In this document: positions 1 to 9,423 of the stretch, one piece after another
How positions within the stretch are numbered: position 1 is the stretch's first letter
Layout of the letters: the number at the start of each line of letters is the position of its first letter
DNA from: Bacteroidales bacterium
GTDB lineage: Bacteria > Bacteroidota > Bacteroidia > Bacteroidales > UBA7960
NCBI GenBank assembly: GCA_007125585.1
Contig: SLCY01000067.1
Coordinates: 8,638 to 72,637, forward strand
Direction of reading: 5' to 3'
DNA length: 64,000 nucleotides
The notes under the pieces: model-generated
What the model saw: only the letters and a program-made list of their open reading frames with translations
Databases searched by the model: none
What the model was told of the DNA's origin: nothing
Translations under genes and position numbers: made by a program

Positions 1-781
1 CCCCGGTGACCCACCGGCGGTAGGCCGTGTCGATGTCTCGGGCCGTAGTGCGCAGCAACTTTGCGATTACCTTTTCTTTAAACAGCACCTCTGCCGTGAC
101 CGACTTACCTCTGCCCAGAATGGTATTGATATGGGCAGGCTTCTTATCAACAGCCATATTGCTTTCAATGGCATAACTGACAATGGGGAAGTTCAGTTCA
201 ATATAATTGCAGACTGCCTGGGATGCCTTGGTGATCATATTCATCCCCATGGCATCGCCCGTGGAGAAATGCAGCCGCAGGTAAACAATGCGACCCTGTA
301 AGTAACTGTTGAAACGAATGAGCCTTCCATGACTGGTGGTGCTTTCTGCGACCTCCCGGATGCGTTGAAAGTTGTTTTGAACCCATTTGGTGAATTCCTT
401 GGCCTTGAAAACATCTTCCAGCACAAAAAATGGTGCCCTCTGGATCCCGTCGCTGGTTACAATGACATTTACCCCACCCGAGAGGGATATTGCGCGTGCC
501 CCCCGGTTGTACGATGACACCAGTGCACCTTCTGTGGTGCTTAATGGAACATAAAAATTGCCCCGTGCATGCTCCCCGTTAATTTTCAATGGTCCGATGA
601 CCCCAACCGGGACCTGAGCAAAACCGATGATGCTTTCAATATTGCCCCTGGTAACTTCCGGGTCTATCCGGCTACTGGTTAGATGCTCAATGGGGTGTTT
701 ACTCTGTTTTTCCAAAAATTCAGTTCTGGCTTTTAAAGCCTCAATCAAATAGTCGTTCTCTCTGTTCTTTGGTAATTTCAT
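1..781 (-). CDS. Hydroxymethylglutaryl-CoA reductase, class I-like (N-terminal part; the C-terminus lies beyond the window edge)
   Basis: It is absent from the ORF track because it runs off the edge. My reverse-strand translation from the ATG at 781-779 gives MKLPKNRENDYLIEALK...GFAQVPVGVIGPLKINGE...VPLSTTEGALVSSYNRGARAI...HFSTGDAMGMNMITKA. This carries the TTEGxLVxS and DAMGMNM signatures of HMG-CoA reductases, and the frame stays open to nt 1. Confidence 0.8.
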   Translation of the reverse strand, partial: MKLPKNRENDYLIEALKARTEFLEKQSKHPIEHLTSSRIDPEVTRGNIESIIGFAQVPVGVIGPLKINGEHARGNFYVPLSTTEGALVSSYNRGARAISLSGGVNVIVTSDGIQRAPFFVLEDVFKAKEFTKWVQNNFQRIREVAESTTSHGRLIRFNSYLQGRIVYLRLHFSTGDAMGMNMITKASQAVCNYIELNFPIVSYAIESNMAVDKKPAHINTILGRGKSVTAEVLFKEKVIAKLLRTTARDIDTAYRRWVTG

Positions 782-803
782 TGTATAAAAAAGGGTTCAA
801 ATA

Positions 804-1316
804 TTAATCAATTTTTTCAATTTCAGGGTCAGTGTTGCTTTCTTTGATATGCACGTCACGTTGCGGGAATGGTATCTGTATCCCGTGCTTGCCGCCCACT
901 TCTATCCTGTCGCCAATTTTTATCGGTCGCTCAAATAGGATGATCATGCCACTGACAAAATTGTTCGTGATGTTCTGCAAGCCAAATCCAATGCCGATCC
1001 CAAGGGCACCTGCAAGAACAGTCAATGCGCTAAGGTCTATGCCGGCTGTTTGCAAGATAATTAACAGGCCCAAAAACACCAATACATATCTCACGATACT
1101 TCCAATGGCCTGACGAACGCCGATTTCAGATGTATAGCGAATAAGGACATGGTTTACCAGGATTTTCCTTAACCTGGCAGTCAGATAAAACAACAGCAGT
1201 ATGCCAATAAGGGTATACAGCAACACCCAAAGGGTAATTGTGGTTTCTCCCAACCCTATCAGGGGATAGTTCAGATAATTCCTGATGGTTCTGCCAACTG
1301 TGTCGATTGTGTTCAT
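804..1316 (-). CDS. Mechanosensitive ion channel (MscS family), abnormally short; possible in-frame deletion derivative
   Basis: The 170-aa ORF has three hydrophobic segments and the pore-helix motif GIGFGLQNITNNFVSGMIILFERPIKIGDRIEVGG. That motif is followed immediately by the family's C-terminal motif GIQIPFPQRDVHI. Confidence 0.65.
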   Translation of the reverse strand: MNTIDTVGRTIRNYLNYPLIGLGETTITLWVLLYTLIGILLLFYLTARLRKILVNHVLIRYTSEIGVRQAIGSIVRYVLVFLGLLIILQTAGIDLSALTVLAGALGIGIGFGLQNITNNFVSGMIILFERPIKIGDRIEVGGKHGIQIPFPQRDVHIKESNTDPEIEKID

Positions 1317-1344
1317 GGTTTGGGTTCTGACCCTGCTGGTTTTG

Positions 1345-1352
1345 CAAAATTA
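1345..1352 (-). promoter_or_regulatory. Candidate Bacteroidota -7 promoter box (TAnnTTTG) for the MscS-like gene
   Basis: The plus strand reads caaaatta, which is TAATTTTG on the minus strand, 29 nt upstream of the ATG at 1316. Confidence 0.4.
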
Positions 1353-1627
1353 AGCAATTGTGGCATGTAATGGTAATATATTTTCTGCCCGGTTTAAAAG
1401 TCATTGGAATCATTTTTCGATTTTTAAACCAACGAACTTCCGGCAGAAAGCAATGATTGTTAACTTTGTGATTTGTGTTTGCGGGAAGGGCCAGTAGAAT
1501 TGTTTTGCCTTGCATGTGATGAAAAAATGGTTTAATGCTTTGAACTTCCTTTTCTGCGAACGATGCAAGCCATCATCTCAGTGTTTTTTTTGTCAGGGGC
1601 CATTGATGACAGTTTCATATTTTCTGG

Positions 1628-4600
1628 TTGATATTCAATAATACTTGTATGACTGGGAACAAGACCGAGAACAAAGATCCTTTATGGTACAAGGATGCCA
1701 TCATCTACCAGTTGCATGTCCGGTCGTTTTTTGACAGTAACGGCGATGGTATTGGTGATTTTAAAGGGCTGATCCAGAAACTTGATTATATCAAAAGCCT
1801 TGGGGTGAATACCATTTGGCTGCTGCCTTTTTATCCTTCCCCGCTGAAAGATGGCGGGTATGATATTGCCGATTTTACGGATATTCATCCTGATTATGGC
1901 AACCTGGCTGATTTCAGGCGTTTTGTTCGCGAAGCCCACAAAAAGGGGTTGCGTATCATCACGGAACTGGTGTTGAATCATACCTCGATGGAGCATAAAT
2001 GGTTCCGGCGGGCAAGGAGATCCAAACCGGGCAGTTTATTGCGTGATTACTATGTCTGGAGTGATACGCCGGATAAGTACGCCGATGCACGCATTATTTT
2101 TAAGGATTTTGAAGTGTCAAACTGGACCTATGACCATGAGGCCGGTGCTTATTACTGGCATCGTTTCTATTCGCATCAGCCGGATCTGAATTTTGAAAGT
2201 CCGCGGGTTCAGCAGGAAATATTCAAGGTGCTTGATTTCTGGTTCAGGATCGGCGTGGACGGGTTTCGCCTTGATGCGGTTCCCTATCTGTATGAGGCTG
2301 AAGGCACCAATTGTGAAAACCTGCCTGAAACGCATGCTTACCTGAAAAGACTTCGAAAATATGTTGATGAAAGGTACGGTGACCGGTTGCTGCTGGCAGA
2401 GGCCAACCAATGGCCCAACGATGCCTGTCAGTATTTTGGTGACGGGGATGAATGCCATATGGCTTTTCATTTTCCGGTGATGCCGCGCTTATATATGGCG
2501 ATGCGTATGGAGGACCGGTTTCCTGTGGTGGATATCCTTGAGCAAACCCCCAGGATCCCTGACAACTGTCAATGGGCAATTTTTCTCAGGAACCATGATG
2601 AACTTACCCTGGAGATGGTTTCTGATGAAGAAAGGGACTACATGTACCGTGCTTTTGCACAGGATCCCAGGAAGCGGGTGAACGTCGGGATACGTCGCCG
2701 GCTGTTTCCCCTTATGGGTGGTGATGGCAGAAGCATTGAGTTGCTGAACATGTTGTTGCTCTCCCTACCTGGCACACCCATTATTTATTATGGTGATGAG
2801 ATCGGCATGGGCGACAACTATTACCTGGGCGACAGGGATGGGGTACGCACCCCCATGCAATGGTCGCCCGACAAGAACGGGGGTTTCTCAACCACCGACC
2901 CGCAGCGGCTTTTCCTGCCGCTTGTCATCGACCCGGACTACCACTACACATCCGTAAATGTGGAAAACCAGGAAAAAAATCCTTCGTCTTTTCTTTGGTG
3001 GCACCGACGTGTGATTGCCAAAAGGAGCCAGTATAAAGCCTTTGGCCGGGGTACGCTGAAATTTGTCAATACCAGCAACCCCAAAGTGCTTGCTTTCGTC
3101 CGCTCGTATGAGGAAGAATCCATATTGGTGGTGGTCAATCTGTCCCGTTACTCACAATTCGCAGAACTTGATCTCTCAGAATATACAGGCTCTACACCGG
3201 TTGAGGTCTTCAGCCGTAATGATTTTCCTGCCATATATGATGAACCCTGGCCTGTTTCCATGCAGTTCAAAAACTATTTCTGGTTTGAGCTGAAAAAGCA
3301 GGATGGTATGGCAAAACCCATTCCCATTGAACAGAAATATCCTTTACGGATCAATATGGGTGAGTGGGACCGAATGGAACTGAAACTGCAGCATGCGATC
3401 AAAGAACGCCTGTACACATATCTGATACACATACAATGGTTCCGGGGCGATACCAGAAAGTTGGGAAAAATCAATATCATTGATGTGATCAAGGTGGCCG
3501 AAAAGGCTGCAGCCCCCTACCTTTTTATTATTGAACTTGACCTCATTGAAGGAAAAAAAGACATTTACCTGATGCCAATATCCCTGGCATTGAATAACAA
3601 AGCCGGTGATATCCAATCAAAGAATCCCGGGTCGGTGGTCTCCCTTATTGTTGTCGACGGGGAGGAGGGGGTGATTTATGACGGAGCTGCTGACAGAAGC
3701 CTGCAGGAAAGGTTCTTTGATCTTATTCACCGGCGCTCAAAGCTGAAAGGTCTGAATGGAAGTATTAATGCAACATCCGGAAGCCTGCTCAAACGACAGT
3801 ACAATGCGTCCGGTCCCATGTCTCCCCACCAGGTTCCCTCGCGGCAAACGAAATCTGCCATTGTTTATGGCGACAAGTTCTTTTTGAAGATATACCGCAG
3901 TCCGCAGGAAGGGGATAACCCCGATGTGGAGATCATGAAACACCTGACGCGCAAGACGGACTTTACACATATTCCCGCTTACCTTGGAGGCCTGGATTAC
4001 AGAAACCCAAAATTGGAGAACACGTCCATTGCCATGCTCATGGAGATGATACCCAATGTCGGTAAAGCGTGGGAGATGACACAAACCGCCATCGAGAGCT
4101 TTTTTGACAAGCTGCTTTCCGAAAAAGAAAGCTATGATCGTGCCGGCCTGGTCAACACGGATGAGATGGATGAATTGATCGGCTCCTTCTATCTCGAAAT
4201 GGTCGCCCTCCTTGCCCGGCGCACAGCGGAAATGCACATGGCTCTGACATCATTGAGGGATTACAGTGGCTTTGAGGTGGAATCTTTCTCCTTGCTCTAT
4301 CAAAAATCGCTCTACCAGGCCTTGCGGACATATGTAAAAAGGTCTTTCCATTCGATAAAAAGTATGAAAGACAATGTTGCCGGACAACATCAGCACCTGT
4401 TACAGGAAATGCTCGACAGTGAGGATGTTTTTCTTTCACATAGCCGTAAATGTTTGGATACAAAGAAAATCCCTGCCATGAAGATCCGCATTCACGGAAA
4501 TTATAAACTGGACAAGGTGTTGTTTACCGGGAAAGATTTTAAGATCATCAATTTCGAAGGAGAACTGGAGCAGTCATTCAGCGCCCGCAAGATCAAACAC

Positions 4601-4930
4601 AGTCCCCTGAAAGATGTTGCCTCAATGCTGAGTTCCTTCCACTATGCCATATATAAAGGCTATTTTGTGCGCAAAGAATACGTCCCGGTAGACACCTATT
4701 ATTTACGCACCCTGCTTGAACAATGGCACCAGAAGGTAGCATCCACCTTCCTGGACGAATATTTCAGCGCCATCCATCCTGCAAACATCATTCCCGCAGA
4801 TGAAGAACAGCGCCAGGACCTGCTTAATGTTTACATGTTTGAAAAGGCTGTCCAGGAATTGAAGTATTTCGTGCAACATGAACCCGATTCGCTGGTTATC
4901 CCATTAAAGATTCTCCAGAAACTCCGCTGA
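1628..4930 (+). CDS. treS: Trehalose synthase (maltose alpha-D-glucosyltransferase) fused to a C-terminal maltokinase-like domain
   Basis: This is a 1100-aa ORF. The N-terminal half is GH13 TreS-like ([52 protein letters not shown]). The C-terminal ~500 aa resembles the Pep2/Mak kinase extension seen in TreS-Mak fusions. The start is either TTG 1628 or ATG 1649. Confidence 0.8.
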   Translation: MIFNNTCMTGNKTENKDPLWYKDAIIYQLHVRSFFDSNGDGIGDFKGLIQKLDYIKSLGVNTIWLLPFYPSPLKDGGYDIADFTDIHPDYGNLADFRRFVREAHKKGLRIITELVLNHTSMEHKWFRRARRSKPGSLLRDYYVWSDTPDKYADARIIFKDFEVSNWTYDHEAGAYYWHRFYSHQPDLNFESPRVQQEIFKVLDFWFRIGVDGFRLDAVPYLYEAEGTNCENLPETHAYLKRLRKYVDERYGDRLLLAEANQWPNDACQYFGDGDECHMAFHFPVMPRLYMAMRMEDRFPVVDILEQTPRIPDNCQWAIFLRNHDELTLEMVSDEERDYMYRAFAQDPRKRVNVGIRRRLFPLMGGDGRSIELLNMLLLSLPGTPIIYYGDEIGMGDNYYLGDRDGVRTPMQWSPDKNGGFSTTDPQRLFLPLVIDPDYHYTSVNVENQEKNPSSFLWWHRRVIAKRSQYKAFGRGTLKFVNTSNPKVLAFVRSYEEESILVVVNLSRYSQFAELDLSEYTGSTPVEVFSRNDFPAIYDEPWPVSMQFKNYFWFELKKQDGMAKPIPIEQKYPLRINMGEWDRMELKLQHAIKERLYTYLIHIQWFRGDTRKLGKINIIDVIKVAEKAAAPYLFIIELDLIEGKKDIYLMPISLALNNKAGDIQSKNPGSVVSLIVVDGEEGVIYDGAADRSLQERFFDLIHRRSKLKGLNGSINATSGSLLKRQYNASGPMSPHQVPSRQTKSAIVYGDKFFLKIYRSPQEGDNPDVEIMKHLTRKTDFTHIPAYLGGLDYRNPKLENTSIAMLMEMIPNVGKAWEMTQTAIESFFDKLLSEKESYDRAGLVNTDEMDELIGSFYLEMVALLARRTAEMHMALTSLRDYSGFEVESFSLLYQKSLYQALRTYVKRSFHSIKSMKDNVAGQHQHLLQEMLDSEDVFLSHSRKCLDTKKIPAMKIRIHGNYKLDKVLFTGKDFKIINFEGELEQSFSARKIKHSPLKDVASMLSSFHYAIYKGYFVRKEYVPVDTYYLRTLLEQWHQKVASTFLDEYFSAIHPANIIPADEEQRQDLLNVYMFEKAVQELKYFVQHEPDSLVIPLKILQKLR

Positions 4931-5108
4931 TCAGGTGTGGTTTAGGGACGGGTGCCGGGGGCTGCACCGGCGGGAAAGGTAAACTTGCCTGACCGCAGGT
5001 TCAACAAGTTTACAGGGCCAAAGGCAAAATGATTAATTTTGTTGCTGACAAAAAACCCAGGCAACCAACATTACGGATCCTTTTATTCCTTTTTCAAAAA
5101 TATTTGTC

Positions 5109-5972
5109 ATGTCAATCAAACACATCAGGGCTGCCATTGCCTATGATTTTGACGGGACCCTGGCACCGGGCAATATGCAGGAACACTCCTTCATCCCAAA
5201 GCTGGGCATCCCGAAAGAAAAGTTCTGGGCCGAGGCCAACCAGATGGCGGTGGATAACGACATGGACGGTATACTTGCATACATGCGGTACATGCTGCAA
5301 AAATCGGAAGAGAAAAACATCTCTATCCGCCGCCAGGATTTTGTCAATTTCGGCAAGGACATTCATTTTTTTCCTGGCGTTGAATCCTATTTTGACCGGA
5401 TCAACCAATATGCATTACAAAATGGGGTCCTTCTGGACCATCACATCATTTCGTCCGGCTTGCGTGAATTTATTTCAGGAACATCCATCGCCCGTCATTT
5501 TCGGAATATTTTTGCATCCGGTTTCAAATACAATGCAGACGATATTGCGGAATGGGCTGCCCTGGCCATCAACTATACGAACAAAACCCAGTATCTGTAT
5601 CGGATCAACAAAGGCGTTGACAATTCTTTCGACAACAAGACCATCAACAAATACATCCCTGAGGACAGCAGGCCGGTTCCTTTCTCGAATATGATCTATA
5701 TTGGCGACGGGGAGACAGATGTTCCTTCCATGAAAATGGTGAATTACCAGGGAGGTTCGACCATAGCCGTTTATTGTCCGGATACACCGGCTGATGCAGA
5801 TGGCAATACACCAAAGCAAATATGTCAGGACCTGATCCGCCAAAACCGTGTTCAATATATTGCTCCGGCGGATTACTCCGAGGGAAGCGACCTGGATATC
5901 ACGGTAAAGTTACTGATTGACAGGATCAGGGTCGGTGAAGACCTAAAGGAGCTGCAGGGAAAATACCAATGA
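5109..5972 (+). CDS. HAD-superfamily hydrolase
   Basis: It has the DFDGTL motif I near the N-terminus (IAYDFDGTLAPG), ISSG as a motif II candidate and GDGETDVP as motif IV. The substrate is unknown. Confidence 0.65.
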   Translation: MSIKHIRAAIAYDFDGTLAPGNMQEHSFIPKLGIPKEKFWAEANQMAVDNDMDGILAYMRYMLQKSEEKNISIRRQDFVNFGKDIHFFPGVESYFDRINQYALQNGVLLDHHIISSGLREFISGTSIARHFRNIFASGFKYNADDIAEWAALAINYTNKTQYLYRINKGVDNSFDNKTINKYIPEDSRPVPFSNMIYIGDGETDVPSMKMVNYQGGSTIAVYCPDTPADADGNTPKQICQDLIRQNRVQYIAPADYSEGSDLDITVKLLIDRIRVGEDLKELQGKYQ

Positions 5973-6049
5973 AAGGCGGACATTCAAACATCATGGCCGA
6001 TGGTCCGTCATATGCCTGCGAACATTGATGGTTTTGCGACGGGTGTCAT

Positions 6050-6532
6050 TCAAAACCGGTATATCACGCCACCCCTGATGATTGGATTGGTAACGGAGCT
6101 TTCCTCGTCGAGCAGCACATCATACAGAACCATCCCATAAGCCTGTGTCCTGTCTGTCAGATTATAGCGATATCCCCCACCTACGGGCAATCCAACAATC
6201 CACTTCCTGTCGCCCGAGGCCAGCTCTATGTTGCTCACCTCAAATTCGCCATGCGCAAAAACATTCGGAATAAAAGTAAGCTGGGTAAAAACCCGGTTTC
6301 CGTAGGTGTATCTGCTGTCCCTGTCTTTATGGTCGCGGTAAGAGAAGAAGGGCGAAAGCCCGACGTCCAGTATGCCATGACGATAGCCCAGCAGGGGGGC
6401 TATATCGACATAATATCCATCGGTGTCGAAATGGATCCCCAGACTGCCACCGGTATATACCTGTGATTTGATTTCAATGACACTGCCTGACATTAAGAGA
6501 ACGGCGATAACCAACAAAAAACGCTTTTTCAT
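6050..6532 (-). CDS. Small outer-membrane beta-barrel protein (about 160 aa)
   Basis: The internal ATG at 6532 gives MKKRFLLVIAVLLMSGSVIEIKSQ, a signal peptide. The rest shows an alternating Gly/aromatic-rich pattern and ends in the aromatic terminus ...GGVIYRF. The 5' extension in the ORF track (to 6760) looks non-coding. Confidence 0.55.
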   Translation of the reverse strand: MKKRFLLVIAVLLMSGSVIEIKSQVYTGGSLGIHFDTDGYYVDIAPLLGYRHGILDVGLSPFFSYRDHKDRDSRYTYGNRVFTQLTFIPNVFAHGEFEVSNIELASGDRKWIVGLPVGGGYRYNLTDRTQAYGMVLYDVLLDEESSVTNPIIRGGVIYRF

Positions 6533-6638
6533 GGTAATGTTGTTTGGTGCAATACTTGCCTTGGTTAAATAAATGATGATTCTTGCAAAGAATGATGCTT
6601 TGTCAATGCCAGGACGAATGCTGTGCAAAGGATCAGGT

Positions 6639-7529
6639 TTACCATTCGATGTTTTCATGCAGCCATTCATCATCCGGCCAGCGGGAAGGATGATAGTTGA
6701 TAAAGACGATGGTCGGATAGGCCATGGTTTCCAGTTTCTCAAGGAACTCAAGCCAATCATCCCAATGGTCTTCCACTTTCCTTCTTTCCATTTGCTGCAG
6801 CCTTTGCATGTCAGCCTGGACTGCCTGCTGTTGTATTTCGGCTATTTTTTCAAACAGGGCCGTGGCCTCTTCCATCTTTCCCTGTTGCATAAGGCGTTGT
6901 GCTTCTGCCATCATGTCTTCTGCATTGAGTATTTCACCGGTTTCAGGATCCAGTTGTTTTGTGTATTCCCGAAGCATGACCTCATCGCGTGTCATTCGCC
7001 GCCCGTGAACCGTTACCTGGTCAGAGAGCCCAAAATAGGCATGTTCAAGATAACCGTACCTGCTGCAAACTTCATTAAAATCACTTCTGCTGTAGTGGTC
7101 CAGCTCCCGTGACATGTCCCGGAAGGCTTTGAAGAGATCAGACCCACAGTGCCGTGATTCCATTGTCCTGATGCTTTTTACGGATACACCGGGATCTCTC
7201 GGGACATCATATACTTTTAAGATGCCGAGCTGTTTAACCGTTAAATCAATAAGGACCGCACGATAATGCTTCCCGGCTTCTATTTCCTGCATCTGGCCCA
7301 CATGGTTGTTGTAAAAAGCCACTGTTTCATTAACCGAATGTGGCGTATGAAAGGCCTGGGTAAAACCGCGGGGGGGGATCTCCCATGATCCCTGGCCTTT
7401 TTCACTGTCTACATGAATGGCATCGGGCGGTGGGGGTGCAAGCAGTCGATCCTCCTGGCCAACAATGGACACCGGGATCAGGATCAGAAACATACTGAAA
7501 AAGAGTGCTTTAATCATTTTTACGTCCAT
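6639..7529 (-). CDS. Secreted protein of unknown function with a C-terminal Gln/Glu-rich helical segment
   Basis: The 296-aa ORF starts with an N-terminal signal-like sequence, MDVKMIKALFFSMFLILIPVSIVGQ. I recognise no family motif in it. It is co-directional with the barrel gene downstream. Confidence 0.5.
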   Translation of the reverse strand: MDVKMIKALFFSMFLILIPVSIVGQEDRLLAPPPPDAIHVDSEKGQGSWEIPPRGFTQAFHTPHSVNETVAFYNNHVGQMQEIEAGKHYRAVLIDLTVKQLGILKVYDVPRDPGVSVKSIRTMESRHCGSDLFKAFRDMSRELDHYSRSDFNEVCSRYGYLEHAYFGLSDQVTVHGRRMTRDEVMLREYTKQLDPETGEILNAEDMMAEAQRLMQQGKMEEATALFEKIAEIQQQAVQADMQRLQQMERRKVEDHWDDWLEFLEKLETMAYPTIVFINYHPSRWPDDEWLHENIEW

Positions 7530-7880
7530 TTCTTTACATTTTACTGACCATTAACAATCTGGTTTTTTTTACAGGAGAAAGATATTAAATATTTTTGTTT
7601 AAACCAAGTCTGATCAATATAACTTTGGAGGTTGTGGAATAGATTCTCCAATGGTTACTTTGGATTAAAACAATAAAAGCCATTCACTGCAATTTGATTA
7701 ACTTTGGTACATTGGTGAAAAACTTGATTGATCTGCTTTTTCAAATAAGAATGTCACGCAAGCGTGACAGGCCCGGACGCAAATAAGGCGACAACTGCTG
7801 TTATGTTTAACACAACGGTTGTTTTAAAGGCTTTCAGGCGGTGAAACAGCAAAACTACGAACCAGAACCACTGCAATCAT

Positions 7881-9383
7881 ATGGACACATTGCTATATTT
7901 GCTCATTGGACTCTTTCTCGGGGGTGGGGCCGCATGGCTCATTCTCTCACTGACCCTGAAGTTGAACAAGGTGCCGCGTGAAGCGCTGGAAGCTTTGCGA
8001 TCAGAGCTTCACGAAATGAAAACCTCTCTCCGTGTTGAGGCGGAAAGGTCAAAAACCCTTTCCGGGAACCTTCATCATGTGGAAAAGCAGTTGGATGGGA
8101 AAGCAGAAGAAAACAAATTGCTGCAGCAGACAATTGCTTCGATGAAAGCCAGGCTCGATTCGGCGAACGAAATTTTTGAAAAGAATGAGAAAGAGATCGA
8201 AACATTAAAGAATGAGAACAGGGAGGTCACGGATGCATTGAACAAGACCCACCGGGAACTTTCCCGGTCAGCGGAAACGAACAAGGCGTTGCAGGAGAAG
8301 CTGCAAACCCAGAAGCAGGAGATCGAGGAGTTGGGCAAGAAGATCAACATGGAGTTTGAGAACATTGCGGCAAAGATCCTGGATGAGAAATCGGAGAAGT
8401 TCACCCGGCAGAACAAAGACAACCTGGAGGTTGTTTTAAAGCCTTTGGGTGAAAATATCGAGAGTTTCCGCAAGAAGGTGGAGGAGGTGTATGATCGTGA
8501 GTCGAAGGAACGTTTCTCTTTGGGCAAGGAGGTTCAGCGGTTGATGGATCTGAACCTGAAGGTGAGTGAAGAAGCAGTGAATCTTACCAATGCGCTGAAA
8601 GGCAGTTCAAAGACCCAGGGCGATTGGGGGCAGATGATACTGGAAAACATTCTGGAGCAGTCCGGCCTGGTGCGCGACAGGGAATATTTTGTTCAGGAGT
8701 ATTTAAAGGATGAGGACGGCAATTACCTGAAAAACGAGTCGGGCAGCAGGATGCAGCCGGATGTGATCATCCGGTACCCCGATAACCGCAGGGTGATCAT
8801 TGACTCAAAGGTCTCACTGACAGCTTATACACGTTATGTAGCCGCCAGTGACAGGGCGGCGCAGGACAGGGCGTTGAAAGAGCATCTGCTTTCAGTGCGC
8901 AGGCATGCAGACGATTTGAGTGGCAAGCACTACCAGGATTTTGCACCAAGCCTTGATTTCGTGATGATGTTTGTGCCTGTGGAACCGGCATATATGCTGG
9001 CATTGAAGAATGATCAGGAGTTGTGGAATTATGCGTATCGCAAACGCATATTGCTGATATCACCCACCAATCTTATTGCTGCCCTGAAGCTCATTGAGGA
9101 TCTCTGGAAAAGGGAATATCAGAACCAGAACGCACAGGCGATTGCCGATCGGGGTGCCGCACTTTACGATAAGTTCGTGGGGTTTGTGGAAAACCTGTCC
9201 ACCGTGGGCGTCAACCTGACCAAAGCTCAAAAGAGCTATGATGATGCCTACGGCCAGTTGAAGGACGGTCGCGGCAACCTCATCGGCCAGGCGGAAAAAC
9301 TCAGGGAACTTGGTGTAAAGGCCAAGAAAAAATTGCCTGCAGCGCTATCGGACGAGGCTAAGCTCAAAGAACAAGGTGACTGA
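7881..9383 (+). CDS. rmuC: DNA recombination protein RmuC
   Basis: The product is 500 aa, with an N-terminal TM segment, a long coiled coil, and then the RmuC core (KTQGDWGQMILENILEQSGL..., VIIDSKVSL, MFVPVEPAY). Confidence 0.8.
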   Translation: MDTLLYLLIGLFLGGGAAWLILSLTLKLNKVPREALEALRSELHEMKTSLRVEAERSKTLSGNLHHVEKQLDGKAEENKLLQQTIASMKARLDSANEIFEKNEKEIETLKNENREVTDALNKTHRELSRSAETNKALQEKLQTQKQEIEELGKKINMEFENIAAKILDEKSEKFTRQNKDNLEVVLKPLGENIESFRKKVEEVYDRESKERFSLGKEVQRLMDLNLKVSEEAVNLTNALKGSSKTQGDWGQMILENILEQSGLVRDREYFVQEYLKDEDGNYLKNESGSRMQPDVIIRYPDNRRVIIDSKVSLTAYTRYVAASDRAAQDRALKEHLLSVRRHADDLSGKHYQDFAPSLDFVMMFVPVEPAYMLALKNDQELWNYAYRKRILLISPTNLIAALKLIEDLWKREYQNQNAQAIADRGAALYDKFVGFVENLSTVGVNLTKAQKSYDDAYGQLKDGRGNLIGQAEKLRELGVKAKKKLPAALSDEAKLKEQGD

Positions 9384-9394
9384 GACGTATGGAG

Positions 9395-9414
9395 AAACGG
9401 GGTGGTCCCTGTTT
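9395..9414. terminator. Hairpin between convergent rmuC and the serpin gene (possible bidirectional terminator)
   Basis: AAACGGGG (9395-9402), loop TGGT, CCCTGTTT (9407-9414). This gives 7-8 bp including one G-U pair. There is no long T-run. Confidence 0.35.
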
Positions 9415-9423
9415 GCCAAAGGA

